The notes beneath the pieces are model-generated. The model saw nothing but the letters and a program-made list of their open reading frames with translations. It did no database searches and was not told the DNA's origin. From NCBI RefSeq assembly GCF_009834535.1, contig NC_045697.1, positions 99,882,001 to 99,946,000 on the forward strand: a stretch of 64,000 nt of DNA, in the 5' to 3' direction. The position numbers were made by a program, and so were the translations under genes. Shown piece by piece: positions 50,001 through 62,000 of this stretch. The stretch is from Camelus ferus (taxonomy: Eukaryota). Positions within the stretch are counted from its first letter, which is position 1. Each line of letters opens with the position of its first letter.

Positions 50001-53000
50001 CATGAAAAGTATATCTAAGTAGCTTCATTTCTTGGCAAACTCTTTTAAAAACAAATTGCTCTTTTGGATGCATGGTCCTCACACAGGAATTGTTTCTTTA
50101 AATGATTGCTTTTTAAACTTAAAAGCATTCCAGCTGAACACACTCATGATCGACGTCCTGATATTTCTGGAGAGTACTTCCAATGATTTAAATTACTGTG
50201 CAGAAGTTTAGAAATGAAGACAGAATGCAAGAGGGACACGTAAAGCATACATTTTCCTACACCAGCAATGAAAAGTGTGTCCTGCTAAAATGAATGTCTA
50301 ACACGTGAGAGGATTATAATTTATTTAAGTACTCCCCATTGTTGTTTGCTTTGCAAAGAAACCAGTTCCAAAAAATACCTTAGAAACTTAGCTTTGGCAA
50401 CATTTTATATGCTATTGTCTCCATTCCTTTTCTGAATACTTCTGCCTTTTGTAGATTCCATCCTTCTCATGAAAGAATTGCTAAACCTTTTTGGGTTGAT
50501 GATCTGTGTGCTTGGTGTAGCTCTCACATGCCACAGAGTGACACCCACATCAGGTGTCTTAGGAAACAGTTTCCGTCAAGGTGATACATGTATACTCTCC
50601 TAAGCTCTTTGGAGCTCCTTTGGGTACCACCTGTATTGATTCAAGCCTCTCATCCCCATTTTGGAAAACTGGATTAGTCTAAAACTCTTTTGGCTAATGG
50701 TGCCTGGAAATGATATCCTGGCTCTAGAAACACCTTCCTGTGAGATAAGGGTTAAAATGTGAGCTGCATCACCACATACCAACCACCCTGGTGTTGTAGT
50801 AATCAGGAAGCATGCGTTCACACAAAGCCACCAGCAGCCAGAAAGCTTCCTCCTCTTTGGCATAAAGCAGCAGCACTGATGTGACAATGTTCATGGCCTG
50901 AATGAGTGGAAGGAGATGTCATGAAACACATTTTAAATACATCAGACACATTTGAACATAGAAGCCATTTTGTTAACCTAAAAAGTGACCGAGTTAGTCC
51001 CAAGGGGCCAGCAAACTTCTTCCATAAGAAAAACACATAATAAATATTTAAAGGCTTTGCAAGGGATATGCACATATTCCTCTGAGTTTTGTTTTCTTTA
51101 CAACCTTTTAAAAATGTAAAAACTCTTAGTCCTTGAACCTGTTAACTTTAAAGGGCCTCCATGAACACCAGCATTCACCAAGGCCTGAGCCCCCGACACT
51201 TGCAAACCCTCATTCAAGAACTTGGTCCAAAGGCCCTTTGACAAAGCTTTGAACCTGCTGAAATCTCCTTGTTTTTAATCCTCAATTCAGTGAGGTAAAT
51301 ATTTCCTTTTTAATCTTCCATAATTGTTTCTATAACTGAGTACACACGGCTTGAGGCTCTCCTCGAGAACAATGAAACCTTTCAGAGTTGGAGTTCTCGC
51401 CCACTATTTCCATCTGGATAAGGATGGAAGGTGATAAGTAACAGGAATTTAATTCTAAAGTAACTGACTTTATTAAAAGATATTATCAGACAGCTCATAA
51501 CCACTCAAGGCTCAACTACTTTAATAGTCCCTTTAATTAAAAAGAGGAAGATCAAAAGATAAATATGAACTTTATAATATTAGAAGCCAACTCACTTCTG
51601 GACTGCTTTTGATCTTCTAGAAACCAGTAAGTGTTCATCAGGCTTCTACGATATAAATGTCAAAAAAGGAATTTTGGTCTAATAGGCTCTTTCTTGTAAG
51701 CCTTACTCAGTATGTTCCCAGGTGAAACCATTATTAAAATTCCACTTGATGATTAACCTGCCTAGTACATGACCATGGTCACAGTTAGTGCCTGAATCAT
51801 TCAGTCAAGGTACGTTCTTTTGGGAGTCTCCTTGGTAGCAGGCTCTGGACTAGGTACTGGGGAAAGACGGGGACACAGTGGTGACAAGTCTCACAGGGCA
51901 TAAATGCTTGGGTCAGAGAGACAGAACAAAGATGTAAAAGTTGATGCATTAATTTGGGGGTGTATTTAAATTAAGTGCTATCAAAAAGATAAAATAACGT
52001 GGTACAAGGAGGCCTGTGCTCTGCGCGCGTGTGTGTGTACAGAGGAATTAAGCCTGCTTTAGCATTTAGCTAGACGGTCAGAGAAGACCTCTCTGTATAT
52101 GTAGCCTTTAAATCTAAGGTCACGTTATCTTGGAGCTTCCCAAACTGTGGCACTAGTACAAACGATCATTTTAGCTGGTGTATGAGCAACATCTTTTTCA
52201 TACTGAATTAAGTATTTATTTTACTGTGCATTAAAATATAACCATAGCACATAAAAGTTACATTCTCAAGGTCACTAATTGCTTAGAAGATGCAAAGGAG
52301 GAGCAGCGTGGAACCTAGAATCCAGAAATAAAGGACAGGTAGGTATGCGGGCGTGCTCACGACTAGCTAGCGACCAGGCAGGTCACCAGAGGGTGATGGG
52401 TCCAGGAAGGACACCCCTGTATCCTGGTTCCTCTGCTCAGTTCAGTGGTTCTCAGCCCAGGGAGACTTTGCTCCCTGGGGGACGTCTGGTAACACCTAAA
52501 GAAATTTTAGTTGTCACAATTAGGGGGTTCTACTGGCATTTAGTGGGTAGATACTATTAAACATGTTATTAAACAGGAATGTTATTTAACATCCTAAAGG
52601 ACAGCCCCACACAAAGAATTATCCAGTCCCCAAGGCCAACAGCACCAAGGTTGAGAGACCCTCGTGCAGCAACAGCTCTCTTGGCCATGAAGCCTTTCTG
52701 CTCATTCCTCAGTGGCTAATAACACGTCTTTTCTTTAAAGCCTCATCCGTCTGTGACACTCACCTGGCAATACCCTATGTTAGGGTTCCGGAAAGCGTAA
52801 GCTGTTAGGACTCTCCTCAGAGCAGCGATGCCCATCTCGTTCTGGAAAGCTGGGTGTTCTGGGAGGGAGCGGTGGAGGTCCCTCTCTATCTCCTCCGTGG
52901 CGAGGTTGTACTTCCCCATGGACTTCTCCACGAGGTCTTCATAGTACCCAGGGTGTGTGGCCTTCTCGTTGATGGCACCTGGGAAACACCCACCAGACCC

Positions 53001-56000
53001 AGCGTCAGAAAGTGGAAGCGGACCCCCAGCCTCGTGGCCTTCCCCACCCCTCAGAGGACATGCGTGAGGTGACAGTGACATCCCACAACGGTGCGTGTGC
53101 TGCAGTCACGGCCAGGCTGTCAGTTCACTCCTGGCTTCCCTCCCTCTTCCTCTTCTATTTCAAAACCTCCCTATACTATATGCTACCACTCATGTGTGGA
53201 CTCTAAAAAGTAATACAAATGAATCCACATACAACTCAGAAGTAGACTCACAGACAGAGAAGCTTGCGGTTACCAAAGGGGAAAGGCGGGGAGGGGTAAA
53301 ACAGGAGTATGGGACTGACAGATAGAAGTCATACATAAAATAGATAAGCAACAAGGACCTACTGCACAGCACAGGGAACCATATTTGGTATCTTGTAATA
53401 AGCCATAACAGAACGTAATCAGAAAAAAATAACTGAATCACTCTGCTGTACACCTGAAACTAACACAATATTGTGAATCAACTATACTCCAGTAAAAAAT
53501 AATGATGATTAAAGAATAAGAGAAACCTCCCTCAGGTAGAGTTTCAAGGAACTCCCCCAGACTATCCCGAGGGGCTGCTCCGAGAAGGGCAGGGAGGGGG
53601 GCGGACTGCGCCAAGCTGAGGCTCGCGGGTCTCAGCCCTCCCATCAACCACGGCAGCTCTGCTTGCGTTTGACGGGGCTCCTCCTTAGGCGTTCACTTGA
53701 AAAAGGAGGTTCTGCATCTCAAAACAAGTCTGGAAACTGTTTGCTAAGGTGCAAGCTTCGAAGGGCTCAAACCGCCTTAGTGAAGAGGAGGTGGGGTTCA
53801 GATACCTGGAGGGATGTTTAAAATTGCAGTGACGGGCCCCTGCCACCGAGGGGAGCCCCGCAGGGGTGGGGATGAGGGCCAGGTGGTGGTGAGAATCACT
53901 GCTTTGAGATACTTACATTTTAAGTTCTTTTTTAAAGTTTTTGCTTCTTATTTTGGGGGGGGGTAATAAGGTTTATTTATTTACTTTAATGGAGATACTG
54001 AGGACAGAACCCAGGATTTCTATGCATGCATTCTACCACTGAGCTATATCCTCCCCCTGTAAGACTCCGGAGCACAGAAAAGCCCTGGATACAAATACCT
54101 TAATCTAAATCTAGTTAAATAAAATCTAAGTATGTATAAATTATATATACACACACACACACATAAATATACATAGAAAATACACACACATATGTACATA
54201 CTATATAATTAAATATGTGTATATATATATGTGTTATCTCTACACACACACAAACACACACACACTTAATGACAGGGTAAACTGACTAGAAATTAGAGCC
54301 CCTGGGCTTACTCACTCCTTGTCGCTGACGGTCACCCAGAGAGCCAGCCTCATCACTCACACCTGCCCCACAAAGGCAGTCTGGTTGACTTAACACTAGC
54401 TTAACACTAGCTTCTGCACTCCTTTCAAGGATGGTTTACAAGCACTTCTTGCCATCTGGCCTGCACTCAATTTAGTGGGTAGCCAAGCCAGGTCCTGGGA
54501 CAGTGGCCCTCAGAGTCATGGGAAGCAGGGCAGGTCCCAGGAGGCTGGGCTCTCCCCGTGGTCAAGCTGGCCTCCGCGTGAACCCTACCCACCCCCCGGT
54601 GCACTGGGTGGAAACATGGGCTCACTTCTATACCCAACAAACGTGGTGTGTACACTGCTTCACCTCTGGCCTCACGCAGCCCATCATAGTTAAAGAAAAC
54701 ACGGGGGCCGGGTGGGAGGGTATAGTTCAAGTGGTAGACTGCATCCTTAGCATGAATGAAGCCCTGGGTTCAATCCCCAGCACCTCCTCCAAAAACAAAA
54801 TAAAATAAATAAACCTAATTACCTGCCCTCCCCAAAAAAGTTAAAAAAAAAAAGGAAAACACTGGGTCTAACTCTAAACAGGGCTCTACAAGGCTGTGGA
54901 CTGCTGTATCCTGTTTCCCAGTGCCCACCGTAAGTTTCATTTTCATCTAAAATGCAGCTGTAAGTAACTCCCCATTTGAGTAAGGAAGATGAAAATGGAA
55001 TTGTTTTGTTCACTGCAGCAGTGATCTGAATCAGGCTGTCAGGTGAGTAGCTCACCAAACACAGGAAAGATGGCAGACTGGACGGTAAGGATCTTCTTGA
55101 GATGGACTGGAAATTAGAGACAATTTGACTCAAATTTGGATTTGTAAATGAGGAGCTATGGCTGGTCCACTTGTGGCAAATGAAAAACAAGACATGTAAA
55201 TGAGGACAGAATAAACCAGTTTTACATGAAACAGAGAAGACCAATTATTTTTCAGGATTCTCTACTCCTACTTCTGAGCTGTTAAAACAGCTCATTGGTA
55301 ATTACCATTTATATCTACTTTTAGAAAGAGCTACAAGTTTTTTCTTTAAGGCTTTCTTGTAAGTCTGGTAACTTCTTTTCATTTTAATGTCATCTTTAAA
55401 ATAAAAGGTTTTGATATAAGCACTTGTGTCAGACCAGCTCAGGTTCAAATAAAAATTTTCACATGAGCCTATTTAAAACGATTCCATTTCAGCCCTCTAA
55501 TCAGGTAGAGCAACTGATTTATATATTAAAGACAAGACTGGTGACACCCAAAGAAATGCTCTGATGTTTGTGACAGAACAGATCCCTGGGATACACGGGA
55601 TGCTTGAGGCTGGGAGGAAGGAGTGATGGGGGTTATCCCCAAAGGACCCCTGGCTTCTGTAGCGGACTCAGAGGTTTAACCTGATGGCGTCATACTGGGC
55701 GTGAGCCTAGTGGTGGGCCTGTGAAGATGGACACACCTCTCCCACGGCTCTGGGATCGTCCCCTTCTGTCCTTCCCAGCATCTCCAGCTTGGAGTGTAAG
55801 TATAATCCAGGTAGGCTTTTAGCTCCAGAGCCCATTCCGGCCTCTCTTCCCTGTCTCCAGTGAGAACCCGCAAAATCAAGAGAAGCCAAAACTCATTGAT
55901 GAGGTTCTCTTATTCCTCCATTTCTACCCTCTTCCCCACCCCAACGACTGCTCTGGACAAGTGCCACATTTAAACATCCTCAATGAAGCTGACACAGCTG

Positions 56001-59000
56001 AAAAAGGAGAAAAAAAAAAAAAAAAAGAAGACTCTAAAAATCACAAAGAATGCTACTCTTTTTCTTTGGGTTCTGTTTGTCCCTAAATAGAGTTAGAGGA
56101 AAAATGGAAGAGGTTACGAGGACTCAAGGGATGGTGGCTTCAACATCTGTTGAATACGTGTCCTGTGTTTTCATGGAGGGAAGAGTCATGGGGGGGTTTC
56201 AAGACTCTGGCAAGGGACGGCAATTTAGCCCTGAATGGGGGGCCGACATGGTGAAAGGGCCCTGGTGCACGACGGCCCCGCGGGCTCTGGGGCCGGTGCT
56301 CCCACCCCCGCCGGCCGTACCTGACAGCAGCAGCCAGAGCTCCCCGCGCATGCTCTCTGGGACGCCCTTCAGCACCAGCTCCCGCGTCTTTTCTGTGCGA
56401 TACATGCAGATCCCTTGCCCATACTCGGCAAAGTGAATCTTCCAGGCCTGCTCTTTCAAAAACTCTTTGGCCTGAAATAGATAATGAAACATCAGTACAT
56501 CCCAAAGTACCTGGAGGATGGTAAGAAGTTCAATGGAAGGTCAGAACATCTTCCTTAGTGAACACAGCGGCTGAGTTCTGGACAGAATGGACATAAGGAT
56601 AAAGGACTCAGATCTTCTGGGGTCCTTCCCTGACTGATCACAGCCTGTGGTTCTGCCGTGACGCTTCCTGTACCAGAGTCAGAATTCCGCTTACCTGAGA
56701 TGGGTCAGCAGAGTGCAAACCACATTTATGGCTTTATGTCCACACCTCCAAGTGAAAGTAAGCTGATGTTTTTAAAACGTGGTCTGAGAAATTATGTCCT
56801 TATTTGTTAGTTGACTAAACAATAGTTAAATACAAGATTGTATATCAAAACTGTACTTCAATTTTTTAAATACGCATAAAAAAGTTAAAAATATGACCAA
56901 AAAAAGTCATCTGTACTGTCTCTAACTCATCTCCTTCAGTGAAGAAGCCACTCTGAAACCTAATGACATATTTGACAAAATCTGCTTTACTTGCAGGAAA
57001 GTATCTGTTGACGGATTTATGAGTTTATTTTTAAGGTCTACAATGTGTTATATTGACGTATTTGAGTTTACTTTTTTTTAAGGTGTACAGTGTGTTGATT
57101 TACTAGATACTGCAATATGATACTACCATACCATGTCACTCAATTATCATTTCTTTTTGGTTGTGAGAACTTAAGATCTAATTTCTTAGCAACTTTAAAG
57201 TTAAAAAAAAGTTTGCTTTTATTAAGAGCATATTTTTCAAACGTTATGGTTCTAATATAAGAACATTCTGGGCAAGAGGAGGAGGCACCCACCAATTTCG
57301 GGTTGAACTCCTCGGGAGATCGCCGCCGATACATGGTCATCAGGGTCTGGGTGGCTGTGGGGACGCTGTTGCCGTTGAGGTTGAACTGGCGCTCTCCATC
57401 AGCGTCAGAGCTGGTGCTTCTCTGGGGGCTGGAGGAAAGCAGGCTGCTGGGCCGAGAGTACACCTGCAGGTGCAGAGAGGAGCAAGCCGCTGGATGGTCT
57501 GGGCTGTAGGATCTACTCTGGACAGATACCAACAGCTTGGCTCCCAAGGCTTCTTGCTACGTCACAAAGCAGAAGAAAGGCAGCAAGCCAGCACTTTGGT
57601 GGGGTCGTGGGACTCAGAGCCAATGCCCAAAAGAGGTCTCCTCTGTGTTTGTTTGTTTGTTTGTTTGTTTATCCTCTGTATTTTAGATGTATTTTTGCAA
57701 CAAGTGGTTGGCCACACATCTCTCTGATTAGTATGCTGCATGCCAAGCACACTGTGGTTGAATCAACTGCTTATGGGACCACCTCCCTCACCTCCTCTCT
57801 ATTTTCTGGTGCCTCAAAAATGCCCACATAGTCTTAGAGCAGGAGGACAGGGGCAGGGCTGTTACTCATGTGCTCACTATTTTTACAACTTGCTTTAACT
57901 ACCAGTAACTTGTGCTATGACTTGAGCTAGTCACATAGCTTTCAGGGCTTCAGTTTCCCTGGATATTGGTCCAGGGCCTGATTCAATTCAACTGGGGATA
58001 CAATTCGTATCTTATCATAATAAATGACCTCTGTACCATTCCCAACAAGATCAACAGTGCAATAAGAGGGTTAGACCAGATGATCTCTAAGGTTCTGTCC
58101 AGCCCTAGATGATCCCAAATACAAACTCCATGAGATTTAAATGAGATACTGCTCTGGGCAGAGGGTAGGTGGTTCATCTCAGCACAGCTGCAAAGCTTGA
58201 AGATCCAAGAAACGGGACAAGGAAGTGAGCACCTCCAGGGAAGAGTAATAAGATGAACCAAAACACCCGCAGGTGCCTTCCACAGACCTCATCATCTGAA
58301 CTGTTGCAGCTTCCTGCAAATTCTTTGTCCGAGTATATTTTAGAGGTCGTCTGTTGCAGGAAATCAGAGATCCTCTGCACTAGAAAGTCTCTGTCTTTCA
58401 AATTGGCAAACAGGAAGGTCATCCTGTTCCTGGTGCTGATAGATAAGGGACTGGGGAGCACGCTGGAGCTGTCTGCCTTTTCTACAATCGTCACCTGAAA
58501 AGAAAGAGGACACAGAGCATTACTTTCTGGGGATTATGCAACAGCAATCTCTGAGCAGCACCGAAGAAGGAACACAGCATTTTTAAGTCCTATAGGAACC
58601 ACCCATATTTTATTGAGGCAAGCTGAGATTCTTTAACTCTGTTCCCATAAAATAAAGCAGCTCACAACAAATCAAAGTAGAGCTGGAATTATCTGGCTGG
58701 TTTTTCTAAATCAGTAGTTCTAAATCGAGAATAATTTTTGCCCCCCAGGAGACATCTGGCAACATCTAGAGACACTTTCAGTTGTCACAAGTGGAAGTAC
58801 CACTGGCACCTAGCAGGTAGAGGACAGGGATGCTGTTAGACATCCTGCAGTGCACAGGACACAGGGCAGCTGCCCCAACAACACCCAGGCCAAGACAAGT
58901 CCAGGTCAGTGGCACCAAGAATGAATAAACCTTGCTGTGAAGGAATTCTTTGATTTTCATTAAAATTTCATGGAGCCATAAGAGAGAGAACTCCCAGCTG

Positions 59001-62000
59001 CTACATCACCCTTAAGAGACAGAAACAGGCATGATACTGGTTCCTTTTTACAAAGCTTAATGTGGAGAAGGCTTTCAAAACACCACCAATCTTTCAAACG
59101 TCTCATTTAGACCCCAGGGCTTTGCATCCCTCACCTCCCACCACTTCAAAGTTTTAAAGGCTCCATTTTGAACAGACATGACGTAAACAAGTTAACTGCA
59201 ACCTTATCTGCACCGGCTGACTCTATGTGTGTGTGGAGGTGGGGTGCTGTGTGTGTAGGTGTGTGGTTGGGTCTCAGAGACAGAGACAGCGAGAGAGAGA
59301 GAGGGAGCGTGCGTGTGTGGTGGAGTAAGTGAACCACACTGGGAGAAAAATAGGAAAGGGGGCATCTGCTTTAGCTTCGAAATGATGGCATGTGTTTGGT
59401 GCTCTATAATAGGATTTTCATCAACTGGAAACTAGGATAAATGCATTACAAGTTTTTTCTTTAGCCCACTGGGAAGAACGCCTCAAGGCCAGCCCTAGAT
59501 CAGTGGTTTATTTGCAGCAGCTCTGACTAAATACTTAGTTTCCTTCCCCTCTTCATTTCCACTGGTAAGTCATCTAGACAGGTTCAACTTCAGCCCTTTC
59601 ATCAGCATTTTCATGTGAACCACCAAAGCAGAACTTTGAAAACTTCAAGGTTAAGGAAACCACTGGAGTTGCCTAAAAAATTACATGGTCACAAATGCAA
59701 AACAGGGATTACTGGGGTCCATAAAGGGAAACCTGCAGGACCTGACTTCCATCCTCAGATTTTATACATACATAGAATTAGATATATATTTATACATTTT
59801 TTTCCCCTTAACAGAGGTACTGGGGATTGAACCCAGGACCTCATGCATACAAAGCACACGCTCTATCACTGAGCTATACCCCCACCCACATATTTATACA
59901 TTTTTAAAGGAATCCTCTGAGATACTCGGAGTTGCACATAAAAGTGTTTATTCCTCAATGCAAATGAAGCTAGAAAAATGGAAAAACAAAAACAAAAACA
60001 ACCTCTTTATCATAAAAAGGATCTTCCCATGACCCCTCAGATGTGTGTTGAATAATCCTCATTTTAAAAGACCTATAAAAACTCCTTTTCTCCCAACGGA
60101 TTTTTTTCTGATTCTTTTGGTCACCAGGTGTCTGGGACTAAATGACACATGCAAAAAGAATGAAAGGTTCAAGTTCTGTGCCTAAAACACAGACACCACG
60201 TGGATCTTGCTGAAGTCAAAGTGTAAAGTCCTATGTCTAGTAGGATCATAAATACAGTTAACTCAGTTCACAGAATCAGTTTAACTCAGTTCACAGAAAG
60301 ACCAGTGTCTGCTCAAACAGACTCGCTGGTGGGTGGGAGCCCTGCCCTACTGCTTTCTGTCATTATCATTACCTACAGGTAATAAAAATTACATTAAGTC
60401 TTTTGCTTCTTCCATTAGTCGAGGTTAGAGATCTACCATTAATATATTTCAGCGATTCATCAGGTTAAAGGAAAGGGCACTGCTGTCTCACTGAGCATCA
60501 TGTTAAAGCTGCATCCTCCAGCCACAGAATGCTTTATTTCTAAACGCTACCCCCACCATTGTCCCTTATCTGATTTATGCTGAAATATGACTGAATTATC
60601 TCTGCCTTACTACCTGTTAGAGAAAACTGGCAAGCAGAAGATGGGCTGAGGGTATCAGCCACCACTCTCTCAGTTCCCTGAGCTCTCACTATCATGCTGT
60701 AAATTGCACTGGCATGTGCAGAGAGTTAGCTGGACCGCACCAAGAGGTGGGGAACAGGAGAGCAGACGTCTGGACAGCAGCTCCAGCCCCTCTCTGCTCC
60801 TCAGTTCCCTCTGGATAAACAGAGTGGTGACTCACTCAGAGTCATAAATGACACATCCATGGAACATTCTTAATCCCAGGATGGGTTTCCTTAGCCAGTC
60901 CGGGTTACTGTGCTTTACTACAGTCAGGTAGGACTTGACCAAGAAAATTTCAGTGACAGTCTTGTGTATGGTGATAGATGTTAACTAGACTTACTGTGGT
61001 GATCATTCTGCAATACTGACAAATATTGAATCACTATGTTGTCCACCTGAAACTAATATGTCAATTACAACACACACACACGCGTATAATAACTCCCTAA
61101 GACAAAGAAGGTAAGTTTGCTGGAAAAAGTCATAAAATGCATTTCTGAGCCAGTTGTAAGTACTGATGAATTATCCATCTCAGAATTCACCCCCAACAAT
61201 TCCTGGCCTCAAAAAGTGCTGTACACTTTATCAATTGCCTAACATTTCTCATTTTTTTTAATCTGACAATTCAACTTGTAGGAATTTATAACTTAAGGAA
61301 AGTTATACATATGATTATTAGAAGAAAACTAAAAACAATGCAAAGGTCCAACCACAGGTCACCTACATGAGAAGAAATAAATTATATGTGTATCCATTTA
61401 TGGAATAATATGCAGTCATTAAAAGTTACATTGTAAAAGAGTATTTTATAATATGGGGAAAAGTTAAGTGTATACTGTTAAGGGAAATAAGCAAATAATA
61501 AAAATTCTTTATGTTTTATATGTAAATAATATAAATGACATATACACAGCCATGTATAGAAAGTCTGGAAAGCTGGATAGCAGAATGTTAACTAAAGTGG
61601 TCATCTTTGAATGGTGAGACTAGGGGTGAATTTTGCTTTCTTTTTATTTGTCTGTATTCTTACAAATTTACTGTAATAATGATGCAACAGTTTAAAAACA
61701 AACAAACAAACAAAAAAACCAAGAACATCTGCTTACATAAATGATTTAACAAAAAGAAAAGAAAAGAAGGCAGAGGGAAACTTGAATCTTTTACTATAGG
61801 GAATCTTAACAAAGGGTCAATCTTAATTTAATAGCCAAAGCTTCCAACCATGTTAACTTCTAGAAAATGACCAGAGAAGGTTGAAAGTTGCCAGGTTAGA
61901 AAGTGCAGGCCTGCCAGCCCCTGACATCTTAACCTGAGTTCCTTCTCAACCCCAAACAGCACAGCAAGGCTTCCACGCAAGTACCAGAATAACCTATCAC

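Noticed and set aside
54703-54790. tRNA-like A/B-box sequences (also 53990-54057, 59815-59885)
   Set aside because: These are tRNA-derived SINE heads with tails and TSDs, not functional tRNA genes.
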